Source: Myxococcota bacterium
GTDB taxonomy: Bacteria; Myxococcota_A; UBA9160; UBA4427
Direction: 5' to 3'
Length of the DNA: 36,418 bases
Assembly: GCA_047619425.1 (NCBI GenBank)
Contig: JBLHOB010000001.1
Location: 1-36,418 of the forward strand
Of this stretch, positions 15,576 to 24,231 are shown in pieces. The notes under the pieces are model-generated. The model was not told the DNA's origin. It saw only the letters and a list, made by a program, of their open reading frames with translations, and did not search any database. The position numbers were made by a program, and so were the translations under genes. How positions within the stretch are numbered: the stretch's first letter is position 1; each line of letters starts with the position of its first letter.

Positions 15576-16517
15576 TTGATACGGCATCACGCCACGCTCG
15601 CTGCTCTCGGTAGTCCGTGCGAGTTCCAATTGTATGGTGAGTCCGAGGACCGACTCGCAGAAGTTTCCGCGGGTGCCGCGGCCGAGCTCGAGAGGATCGA
15701 AACCAAGTACTCCCGCTATCGCGAGGGTAGTCTGTTGAGTGAGATCAATCGCCGCGCAGGCACAGGCCAGTTCGTCTCCCTCGACAACGAAACCATCGGT
15801 CTGCTCAACTATGCGCAAACCGCATTCGATCAAAGCGGTGGTTTGTTCGACATCACTTCGGGCGTGCTGCGTCGCGCATGGGATTTCAACAGCCAAACCC
15901 TGCCCGCCAAGGAGACGCTGCGCGAGTTGTGCGAACTCGTCGGCTGGCAGCACGTAACTCTCACAGAAGGCGCAATTCATCTTTCGCACACCGGGATGGA
16001 AATCGACTTCGGCGGATTCGGCAAGGAATACGCCGCCGACCGCGTCGTTGCGTATTGTCGCGAACAGGGAATTGCCGCGGGCCTCATCGACCTCGGTGGA
16101 GATGTCTGCGTCATTGGTCCACATCCCGACGGACGCCCGTGGCAGATAGGCATTCGCGACCCGCGAAACCCCGAAGCCGCACTCGCCTCGCTTCCCCTGG
16201 GTCGCGGCGCGTTGGCGACCAGTGGCGACTACGAGCGCTTCATGGAAGTCGACGGCAAGCGCTACTGCCACCTGCTCGACCCGCGCACAGGCTGGCCCGT
16301 TGAAAGTCTCTCAGGCGTAAGCGTCGTGGCAGAGCAGTGCCTCGTCGCGGGCACGGCAACCACCGTCGCAATGCTCAAGGGAAAAGGCGGGGCCGCCTGG
16401 CTTCGCAAGCTTGGCTTGCCGCACCTATACATTGACAAGGACGGCCACAGGGGTGGGACGATGTGGCCGAAGCAGCGCTCCGCGAAGACGCCTGCGCCTG
16501 CGCATCGGCAGGTCTAA
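15576..16517 (+). CDS. apbE: FAD:protein FMN transferase (ApbE family)
   Basis: LGSPCEFQLYG...ELERIETKYSRYREGSLLSEINRRAG...FDITSG...GFGKEYAADRV...IDLGGD...ATSGDYERF...YCHLLDPRTGWP are the conserved ApbE blocks. A TTG start lies 5 nt after the upstream stop. The open frame holds no signal peptide. Confidence 0.85.
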   Translation: MIRHHATLAALGSPCEFQLYGESEDRLAEVSAGAAAELERIETKYSRYREGSLLSEINRRAGTGQFVSLDNETIGLLNYAQTAFDQSGGLFDITSGVLRRAWDFNSQTLPAKETLRELCELVGWQHVTLTEGAIHLSHTGMEIDFGGFGKEYAADRVVAYCREQGIAAGLIDLGGDVCVIGPHPDGRPWQIGIRDPRNPEAALASLPLGRGALATSGDYERFMEVDGKRYCHLLDPRTGWPVESLSGVSVVAEQCLVAGTATTVAMLKGKGGAAWLRKLGLPHLYIDKDGHRGGTMWPKQRSAKTPAPAHRQV

Positions 16518-16565
16518 GCAGCAGACGATTAGGTGATCGTGTCCGAATCGCTTGCGGCTCGCCGG

Positions 16566-17396
16566 CTACCGCCAGGGATAGGGAAGATCAAAAACGCGTA
16601 TCCGAATCTCGAAACGGATCTCGTGAATGTCCTCCGACGATTTCGACGTACCGGGGCGGTCGGCCGGATCGGCCAATCCCAGCTTCATCTTCGCAGGCTT
16701 GTGGTAGCGGTACCCAAGGCCCAGATTGACGGCGTCCGTTAGTTGATACGCGAGGCCAGTGCCAAATTGGTAGGCAAAGTCGAACTTGCTCTTCTTGCCC
16801 CTAAAGCCGGGCTCTTCCGTCTTGATCTTGAGGTGCGCAAAGCCGATCCCGACTCCGACATAGGTGGTCAAGGGGCCGAGAAAGCGTCGCAAGCGCGGCA
16901 AGCGGGGTTTGCCAAACAAGAAGCCGCTGGTCGCTGAAATCGGTCGGAACAGCCCGCGCAGGGGCACGTCGAACCAGAGATTTTGCATAAACGACCAGCC
17001 GTTGATGTCGGTGCGGAACGGATCGCTCTCTGGGCCACCTGCAAACAAGCCGTCGGTCTTGAGCTCATAGTCCCGCAAGCCCGAAGCTTCAAACTCGAAG
17101 CGCACCGGCCAATCGGGCAACCGAAGGTCATACGGCAAGCGCCAGGGGGTCAATTCGTTCATCGGCACCTCGACTCCGAAGGCACCGCCAACGAGGGGGG
17201 ACACGTCTTTGTCCTTGCCCCGAAACATTTCGCCGGGATCGGGAGCCTGCGCCGAGCCGCTCACCTTCCCTTTCGCAATCGAGTAGCCGAAGCCACCGCT
17301 CACGTAGAGTTGCCAAGTTGCCTGTGCGGGTGCAGCCCAAAGGCAGCCCAACACGACAGTCGACGCCAATGCAAAGTTTCGAAACGCGCTCATCAT
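16566..17396 (-). CDS. Outer-membrane beta-barrel (porin-family/OmpW-like) protein
   Basis: Signal peptide MMSAFRNFALASTVVLGCLWAAPAQA. Beta-strand-like alternating segments (YVSGGFGYS, YVGVGIGFAHLK, FAYQFGTGLAYQL, LGLGYRYH). Confidence 0.6.
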   Translation of the reverse strand: MMSAFRNFALASTVVLGCLWAAPAQATWQLYVSGGFGYSIAKGKVSGSAQAPDPGEMFRGKDKDVSPLVGGAFGVEVPMNELTPWRLPYDLRLPDWPVRFEFEASGLRDYELKTDGLFAGGPESDPFRTDINGWSFMQNLWFDVPLRGLFRPISATSGFLFGKPRLPRLRRFLGPLTTYVGVGIGFAHLKIKTEEPGFRGKKSKFDFAYQFGTGLAYQLTDAVNLGLGYRYHKPAKMKLGLADPADRPGTSKSSEDIHEIRFEIRIRVFDLPYPWR

Positions 17397-17625
17397 GCTC
17401 CCGTGGGCTTAACTCTATATGCCCGGCAAACCTATCGGCGGCGGATTGGCCGCGGTTCACACTAGTTGGGGATCGGCATCACGAACGTGGAACGCGTGAG
17501 CGACGTCACATAACGAAGAAACAGCACGGACACAGCAATGTGCAGCTAGCATTGCATCTTGGTGGTATGCGTTGATGAGAGTCAGGTCGCAGGTGGCGGA
17601 TCGCCAGCGCTCGCCCAGCCCCCCT

Positions 17626-19665
17626 CTAAGTAGACGGAATACCCGATGCAGCTGTGCGCATCAAAATGGTTACGACAGTGCCGGTTCCCTGTTTTCCCGA
17701 CACGGTCATGGTCCCACCGAACTCGTTCACAATCCCAACCGACACGCTCAAGCCGAGCCCGGTCCCCCCGTCTTGTTCGCGCGTTGAATAGAATGGATCG
17801 AACACGCGATTGCGATCGTCGGGTGAGATGCCGATGCCGTCGTCTTCTATAACGATGCACGCCTGATCGCCCCGAGCCTCCACCATAACCTTGATCGTGG
17901 CGCCTAATGGGTTCGACTCGATCGCATTGTTCAACACGTTTACCAGTGCCTGCTCCATTTCAATCGGATTCATCACGACCCAAAGCGCTGCCGCGGGGTG
18001 AGTCACCTCGATGCTCGCACCTTTTCGTTTTGCGTAAGATTGAATTGCGTTGAGTGCCCCCTGAAGCACGACGTCGACGTTCTCGGCCCAGCGTTCGGTG
18101 GGGGCGCCGCGTGAGTACTGCAGCATGCTCCTGACGATACGACCACAGCGCCGTGACTGCGCCACCGCGTTGAGCAGTGCCGCCTTCCACACCTCGCTGC
18201 CGTCCTCGTCGTCCTCACACAGAAGAGCGTATTCCGCTGCGTTCAGGATCGCCCCGATCGGGTTATTGATCTGATGCGCGAGTCCAGAGGCCAACGTACC
18301 GATCGACGCGAGGCGCTCGGCTCGGCGCAGGCGCGCCAGGGTTTCCTCGATCTCATGAGTGCGTGTCGCAACCTGGACTTCGAGTTCGGCCTTGAGCTCC
18401 GATTTCGCGCTCTCCACTTTTCGTTGCTCGGTGAAGTCCCGGATGCGGGTCAATACAATGCTAGGCCCATCGTTGATGTCCTTGAGTAACCATGCGCACG
18501 CGGAGATCGCCACCAATGAGCCATCCTTGCGCAGCATCTCCCCTTCGTACTCCGGCATAAAACCAATCTCGGTAATCTGCTTGTAGTTGTCGTCCATTTC
18601 GCTCTTGGAAAGCGTCGAAGGCCGCATACTTTGAAAAGTGCGGTGTTTGAGTTCTTTTTTTTCGTATCCGGAAATTTCGCAGAAGGAACTATTCGCCTCG
18701 ATAATATTGCCTTCGAGGTCGAGGAACGCCATGCCGTCGCGGCTCGCTTGAAAGAGCTGACGGTACTTGACCTGTGCCGCCTCCTTTTCGGCCACCGCGT
18801 CAATGTGCTCGGTGATATCGATCAATACCGACACGGTGCGAAACTCGCCGTGCGTTGACTTCAAGGGAGACGCAGCAAAGTCGAGAACCAACTTGCTTCC
18901 GTCAGCGTGTATGAACGTGGTCGAGCCGTGCTGATAGTTGCCCTCAACCAAGCGTTTGAAAGAATCAACGGTGTGCTGCTGCGTCGCTGGAGGGGCAAAC
19001 TTCAGAAAGTGATTGCCGATCATCTCTTCACTCTTGTAGCCAAAAATTGTGCAGCTAGCCGCATTCACGTAAGTGAGGAGCCCATTTTGATCGGTTTCGA
19101 TAATCATCAAGTATGGATTCTCGGAGATGATTTCCAGCAGGCGCCTATTTGCGTCTCGTTCTCGCTCAGCGCGGTGAGACTCAATGATGTTGCTGATTGA
19201 GTGTGCGAAGTCCTGCAGGGTTTCCTTCTCGCCGTCGGTAAATTCGCGCCTCTCGACGCCGAGAATACAAAGGCTGCCCACGATATAACCGTCGTTTGTG
19301 CGGACAGGCGCAGCGGCGTAGAAGACAATGCCCCCATCCGTGTCGACCAGGGAGTGAAGTCGCGCGACCGGATCAAGGCCAGCGTCTGCCGAGGTCATCA
19401 TCTTGCCACCCAATACGACTGCCTCGCAAAGCCCTCCCTCGCGATCCATGCAAGTGGACTCAAACCCAACCGCCGACTTGACCCAGATCTTCTCGACGTC
19501 AACCACAGTCGCCATACACACTGGGATGTTGAAAACGCGAGCCACCATTCGCGTGATGCGGTCCAGCTCCTCCGAAGAGGCAATGTCGAGCACTCCGCTG
19601 CGCTCAATTGCTGCGATGCGTGCACCTTCAACAAGGACCGGGTCGGTCGCTGACGCGCCTGCCAT
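17626..19665 (-). CDS. Cytoplasmic sensor histidine kinase (GAF, two PAS domains, HisKA, HATPase_c)
   Basis: No TM segment. The N-terminus is GAF-like. There are PAS-like repeats (IIETDQNGLLTYVNAASCTIFGYKSEEMIG and LDLEGNIIEANSSFCEISGYEKKEL). The H-box is LASGLAHQINNPIGAI, the N-box is VLNNAIES, and the G-boxes are IEDDGIGI and GTGLGLS. Confidence 0.9.
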   Translation of the reverse strand: MAGASATDPVLVEGARIAAIERSGVLDIASSEELDRITRMVARVFNIPVCMATVVDVEKIWVKSAVGFESTCMDREGGLCEAVVLGGKMMTSADAGLDPVARLHSLVDTDGGIVFYAAAPVRTNDGYIVGSLCILGVERREFTDGEKETLQDFAHSISNIIESHRAERERDANRRLLEIISENPYLMIIETDQNGLLTYVNAASCTIFGYKSEEMIGNHFLKFAPPATQQHTVDSFKRLVEGNYQHGSTTFIHADGSKLVLDFAASPLKSTHGEFRTVSVLIDITEHIDAVAEKEAAQVKYRQLFQASRDGMAFLDLEGNIIEANSSFCEISGYEKKELKHRTFQSMRPSTLSKSEMDDNYKQITEIGFMPEYEGEMLRKDGSLVAISACAWLLKDINDGPSIVLTRIRDFTEQRKVESAKSELKAELEVQVATRTHEIEETLARLRRAERLASIGTLASGLAHQINNPIGAILNAAEYALLCEDDEDGSEVWKAALLNAVAQSRRCGRIVRSMLQYSRGAPTERWAENVDVVLQGALNAIQSYAKRKGASIEVTHPAAALWVVMNPIEMEQALVNVLNNAIESNPLGATIKVMVEARGDQACIVIEDDGIGISPDDRNRVFDPFYSTREQDGGTGLGLSVSVGIVNEFGGTMTVSGKQGTGTVVTILMRTAASGIPST

Positions 19666-20013
19666 AAGAAACTACTCCTGCGAGTGAGGACAGTAATCTG
19701 CGGAATCACGAGTTTTCAACGGGGTTGCGATCCACCACTCATAAACTGTGACACGAAGACAGCGTACCATTCGAGGAGCTTTCGGCGAAGAAAAACCCGC
19801 CTTTGTTCCGGGTCGAACCGGCGCAAAACGGCGACTCGCCAAGTGGCAGCGATCGAGTCATTCAACACGGTGACACTAAACTGAGGGAAAACCCCTAAAG
19901 GCCACCACGGTTTACCCGCAAGCTGCTCCCGCCCCGCCCACTCCAATCTACCAGCCGAGCAAGAATCGAGACGCATTCATGCAAGAGATCGGGCCGCGCA
20001 TCGGCGCACGGGC

Positions 20014-20823
20014 TCAACGTCCCTGGAATACGGGCGCTCGCTTTTCCATAAATGCTTTTTGGGCTTCTCGGGCGTCTTCCGTCTTTCGGAGTTCCTTGCC
20101 AATCTCTTCTTGGCGAAGATACGCCGCATCGAGATCCATGCTGAGCAGCTCACGAACGCCGGCGCGAGTCGCAGTCACGGCGAGGGGCGCATTGCTCGCA
20201 ATGGTGCCGGCGGTTTGGAAAGCGCGATCCATCAGCGCTTCCGGGGCAACGATTTCATTGATGAGCCCAACGCGTAGTGCGTGCTCGGCGTCGATCGGTT
20301 GAGCGGTCAGCAAAAGGTGGTGGGCATGGACCCAACCGATTTGTCGAGCCAGCAACACACTTGCGTGCCCCGTTGGGTAGAGCCCCAACGCGACCTCTTC
20401 GAGAGCAAAGGTCGCCGTCGGTACCGCGTAACGAAGCTCGCTGGCCAGCATCAGGTCGAAGCCCCCGCCGCGTGCGTGCCCATTTACGGCGCAGATCAAT
20501 GGCTTGTTCAGATCGAAGCCAGCGAGCGTCGCGGTCTTGGCGGACCGCAGCCCCTCGAACTCGGCTTCGGTGACGCGTTCGCCGCGGTGAAGTTTCTGGG
20601 AGGCCGAAAGCGTCGCTCCGATATCCATGCCCGACGTAAAGACCCGATCCCCCGCCCCCCTCAACACAACGCAGCGAACGTCCGAGTCTTCTGCGAGTTC
20701 GCGCCAAGCAGCGGCGAGCTGAGAGAGCATTTCGGGATCGAGGGAGTTTGCACGCTCGGGCCTGTCAATGGTGACGAGCGCGACATGGGGATGTTCTGAT
20801 GGCTTTTCGACGTTTACAGGCAT
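20014..20823 (-). CDS. Enoyl-CoA hydratase/isomerase (crotonase) family protein
   Basis: VALVTIDRPERANSLD...VLRGAGDRVFTSGMD...KPLICAVNGHARGGGFDLMLASELR...KEAQKAFMEKR matches the crotonase fold signature. Confidence 0.85.
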   Translation of the reverse strand: MPVNVEKPSEHPHVALVTIDRPERANSLDPEMLSQLAAAWRELAEDSDVRCVVLRGAGDRVFTSGMDIGATLSASQKLHRGERVTEAEFEGLRSAKTATLAGFDLNKPLICAVNGHARGGGFDLMLASELRYAVPTATFALEEVALGLYPTGHASVLLARQIGWVHAHHLLLTAQPIDAEHALRVGLINEIVAPEALMDRAFQTAGTIASNAPLAVTATRAGVRELLSMDLDAAYLRQEEIGKELRKTEDAREAQKAFMEKRAPVFQGR

Positions 20824-20931
20824 CGTGCGAAGATAGCTGGCCCAAGTTGTCGCGGTAGCGCGTTACTCGCCTCAAGAGCCGAGGAGCGCGAAGTTCCGCT
20901 CCTACTGTCATGGATCAAGAACCGATCCCAT

Positions 20932-21723
20932 TTGGCCGATGTAGAACCGGAGCTGCCGCACGATGGGCTTATGGAAGCAAAGGGTGGAGCAATGAAGAAA
21001 GAAGAGGTCTATCAGATTCTCAACGAGGCGTATTTCGGGGAGAACTGCGACGAGCGAGACCTGTTTGAACAGATCGAACCGCTGGTGCGCGAGGCTGCGT
21101 CGTTTGTCGACGTCGGCGCGAGCCTCGGACAGTACACACGCTTCGCAAGCCGCGTCATGAAGCCCGGCAGCAGCATTACTGCAATTGAAGCCGATCCGAT
21201 TCGCTTCGAAGAACTCGACCGCAACTGCTCCCGTTGGCAGCGGGGCGGCGGCATTGAGATCAAACCCAAGTTTGGCGCGATGACCGATCGCGAAGGCCCC
21301 GTACGCTTTTATTCCACACAGTCGAACACCAGCGGTGGCTTGTTTCAACACCCCGTTGGAGATGCCGAAGTCACGTGGGAAGAAATCGAAGCGCCGGGCT
21401 ACACACTCGATTCGCTTTTCCCGGAGACTCCTCCCGGCTTTGTGAAAGTCGACGTCGAAGGTGCGGAACTTCGCGTGCTACGCGGTGCCGAGCGAATCCT
21501 CAAGGCTCGGCAGACAGTCTTCTTTATCGAAGTCCACAGCTGGGCGGACCCCGAGGGCCAAAGCAACGCACAAGAGGTCCTTGAGCACATGCGCGTGCGT
21601 GGCTACCACTGCGCTTCATTGCGCGGGAAGTGCGTCTTCCATCCCAACCAGATGACGGCAATGCGCTTGGCGACACAGTCAAAGTTTCGGGGTGCAATGC
21701 GCCGACTCGGCTTGTCGGAATAA
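20932..21723 (+). CDS. FkbM-family SAM-dependent methyltransferase
   Basis: FVDVGASLGQYT (glycine-rich SAM loop), then KVDVEGAELRVLRGA, typical of FkbM-type enzymes. The start is uncertain: TTG at 20932, ATG at 20971 or ATG at 20992. Confidence 0.65.
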   Translation: MADVEPELPHDGLMEAKGGAMKKEEVYQILNEAYFGENCDERDLFEQIEPLVREAASFVDVGASLGQYTRFASRVMKPGSSITAIEADPIRFEELDRNCSRWQRGGGIEIKPKFGAMTDREGPVRFYSTQSNTSGGLFQHPVGDAEVTWEEIEAPGYTLDSLFPETPPGFVKVDVEGAELRVLRGAERILKARQTVFFIEVHSWADPEGQSNAQEVLEHMRVRGYHCASLRGKCVFHPNQMTAMRLATQSKFRGAMRRLGLSE

Positions 21724-21790
21724 CACTCCGGTCGAAACTTGTACCGACGATCTGGTAGAGCATCGAGTCGCTTGCTAAGGCGCCGCGCGC

Positions 21791-22204
21791 TCACGCCTTA
21801 ATTACGACCCCGGATGCCCCGCTTTCTTGCACCGAGGGAACGCCCCGCCACTGGGCGACGCCGAGGACGAGCACTGGAACGCAGACCGCGATCAAAATGG
21901 CGTTGCCCGCCTCACTGACGAGTCCGAGTGCAACCACCACCAGCGAACCCACCACCCAGGCAAAGTCCGAGATGGAGTGTTGCAACGCTTCACGCCGCAG
22001 CTTCGCGGTGTCGGTGCGCGCGGCAGTGAAAACCAAGTAGCCAGCAAACCCGGCTAAGCCCATCGCAGCGCTGATCAAGATTTCGGAATAAACCCCCATC
22101 AACTCGCTCAGGAAGTCGTACGCGAGCAAGATGCCGACAGCCGAGCAGGTTGAGAATACGGCGTTCAGGCGGAGAGCTAGGCGGAGACCATTGTGATTTT
22201 GCAT
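21791..22204 (-). CDS. Small integral membrane protein, unknown function (about 4 TM helices)
   Basis: 137-aa ORF with four hydrophobic stretches. I recognise no motif. Confidence 0.45.
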   Translation of the reverse strand: MQNHNGLRLALRLNAVFSTCSAVGILLAYDFLSELMGVYSEILISAAMGLAGFAGYLVFTAARTDTAKLRREALQHSISDFAWVVGSLVVVALGLVSEAGNAILIAVCVPVLVLGVAQWRGVPSVQESGASGVVIKA

Positions 22205-22855
22205 GGTGGCTAGTCATACAGAAGCCCTCAGTGGTTGCGGTGTTCGACTCCAACAGCCTGCCTGCTGCAACGGCATGTTAGGCGCGCACTGTTGCACGCC
22301 TGGGAACCGCTAACACAGTCAGCGAGAAGCTTCGAAGGACAAGTGAGGAAGGCTCGAGGACCGGCGTTGACGACGCACTGACGATCCACTGTCCCGCGTT
22401 TTCGGTGAACAAGGAGTCGTTGACGCTCAGGTGAAGAAATTCACTTTAAGAGGCGTACTCAGAGAACTCTGAACCGTCGTTGAACGGATTGCCAAGCCGA
22501 TATCGAGCGCCCTGCGAAACCGGCGGCGCACCGATGCGACCGATGCGAGAGTACCGGTCGAGATCGGAGGCAGCGTAGCGCGCATGGAAAAACTGCTGAA
22601 GTAACAAACCGTTATCCGTACACCGGCCTCCGTGGAAGTATTGCTCTACCCGCACAGAATGCGCTGTGTGAAATTCGCGAGAGCGTTGGCGGGCTCGTCA
22701 CCTCATAGGAGCTGCGTTTGGCTAGGAGTCCCCGAAAGGTTCGCATGATGAAGACACCATTGAGAAGCGCATGACCACGCCGTGGGTGACGCACGGATAA
22801 TGTCGACTAAGCTTTGGGGAAGGCAATTCAACCGCCCTACGAACGGAGCCCCCCA

Positions 22856-23398
22856 ATGCGTCTTAGTAAGCCTCGCGTCGAGCCCTTGAGCGACGAGCAA
22901 CTCCCCCCCGAGCTTCAGGTGAAGATGGGCGGTCGCGTGCTCAACATCTTTCGCACCCTGGCCCACTACCCAAAGCTGATGAAGCGCTGGCTCGTGTTTG
23001 GCAATCATATTCTGGCGAAGTCGACGTTAAGCCCGCGCGACCGCGAGATCGCGATCCTGCGCGTGGGTTGGCGTTGCCAGGCCGGTTACGAATGGGCGCA
23101 ACACGTAGTGATCGGGAAAGACGCCGGGCTCAGCGACGAGGAGATCGAGCGTATCGTTGACGGCCCTGATGCTCCGGGCTGGACCGCTGCAGAGGCAGCA
23201 ATCTTGCGAGGGACTGACGAGCTTCACGACGACTCCTTCGTAACAGACCCGACCTGGGCTGTTCTCACTGAGCACTACAGCACCGAGCAGATCATGGACT
23301 TCGTATTTACCGTCGGCCAATACCACTTGGTCTCGATGGCGTTGAACACCTTCGGCGTGCAACTCGACGAAGGCCTTGAGGGGTTACCGAAACGATGA
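22856..23398 (+). CDS. Carboxymuconolactone decarboxylase (CMD/AhpD-fold) family protein, no CxxC
   Basis: The ATG at 22856 has GGAG 8 nt upstream. LAHYPKLMKRWLVFGNHIL...SPRDREIAILRVGWRCQAGYEWAQHVVIG is the typical CMD-family core. Confidence 0.75.
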   Translation: MRLSKPRVEPLSDEQLPPELQVKMGGRVLNIFRTLAHYPKLMKRWLVFGNHILAKSTLSPRDREIAILRVGWRCQAGYEWAQHVVIGKDAGLSDEEIERIVDGPDAPGWTAAEAAILRGTDELHDDSFVTDPTWAVLTEHYSTEQIMDFVFTVGQYHLVSMALNTFGVQLDEGLEGLPKR

Positions 23399-24195
23399 GT
23401 GGACGACTTGCAGACAAGGTCGCCATTGTCGTCGGCGGAGGACAAACCCCGGGGCAGACAATCGGCAATGGTCGCGCGACGTCCATTCTATTTGCGCGCG
23501 AGGGTGCGCGCGTACTCGTAGTCGATCGCGATCTTGTCAGTGCAAATGAAACCAAGGAGATGATCGAAGGCGAAGGGGGCCAGGCCGAGGCGCACGAGGC
23601 AGACGTCACGAAAGAAGCCGAATGCGAGGCGATCGCTGCGCGCTGCGTTTCGCTTTACGGAACGATCGACATCCTGCACAACAACGTTGGCATCGGTACT
23701 GGCGATGCCGGGCCCACCCGTCTCACGGAAGAAACCTGGGACAAGATCATGAACGTCAACCTCAAGAGCGTCTTCTTAACCTGCAAGCATGTATTGCCCG
23801 TGATGCGCGAAAATAGAAGTGGTGCCATTACCAACATCTCTTCTGCTGCCGCAGTTTGCTCGGTTGGCATCATGGCGTACAAAACCTCCAAGGCCGGCGT
23901 CAACGCCTACACCCATGCGCTTGCGACCGGCAATGCGAAGTACGGCATCCGCGCCAACGCGATCATGCCCGGGCTCATCAACACCCCGATGGCAATCGAA
24001 GGGATCTCGCAATCTCGCAATGTGGACCGCGAAGAGTTGATCTCGCAACGCGATCGGATTGTGCCACTGGGCAACAAGATGGGCACTGCATGGGACGTTG
24101 CGAACGCCTCGCTGTTTTTGGCATCGGACGAAGCGGCCTTTATTACTGGCGTCATTCTTCCCGTTGATGGCGGGCAAAGCGCGCGGATTGGCTAG
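23395..24195 (+). CDS. Short-chain dehydrogenase/reductase (SDR)
   Basis: The start overlaps the upstream stop (ATGA). There is a Gly-rich dinucleotide loop (VAIVVGGGQTPGQTIG), NNVG, the catalytic pair S...YKTSK and PGLINTPM. Confidence 0.85.
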   Translation: MSGRLADKVAIVVGGGQTPGQTIGNGRATSILFAREGARVLVVDRDLVSANETKEMIEGEGGQAEAHEADVTKEAECEAIAARCVSLYGTIDILHNNVGIGTGDAGPTRLTEETWDKIMNVNLKSVFLTCKHVLPVMRENRSGAITNISSAAAVCSVGIMAYKTSKAGVNAYTHALATGNAKYGIRANAIMPGLINTPMAIEGISQSRNVDREELISQRDRIVPLGNKMGTAWDVANASLFLASDEAAFITGVILPVDGGQSARIG

Positions 24196-24231
24196 CTAGG
24201 CCCGCCAGCAAACTTCCCCGCATAAGGAAAT

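Noticed and set aside
22240-22262. GTTCGACTCC, a tRNA T-loop-like string suggesting a tRNA or tmRNA fragment or an att site
   Set aside because: The flanking bases cannot form a 5-bp T-stem around a 7-nt loop. No acceptor or anticodon arms can be drawn. No integrase or repeat partner is present in the window.
22446-22655. 69-aa minus-strand ORF in the large gap
   Set aside because: It has a GTG start without a clear Shine-Dalgarno, no recognisable motif and mixed codon bias. I kept it only as a possibility inside the gap finding, not as a feature.
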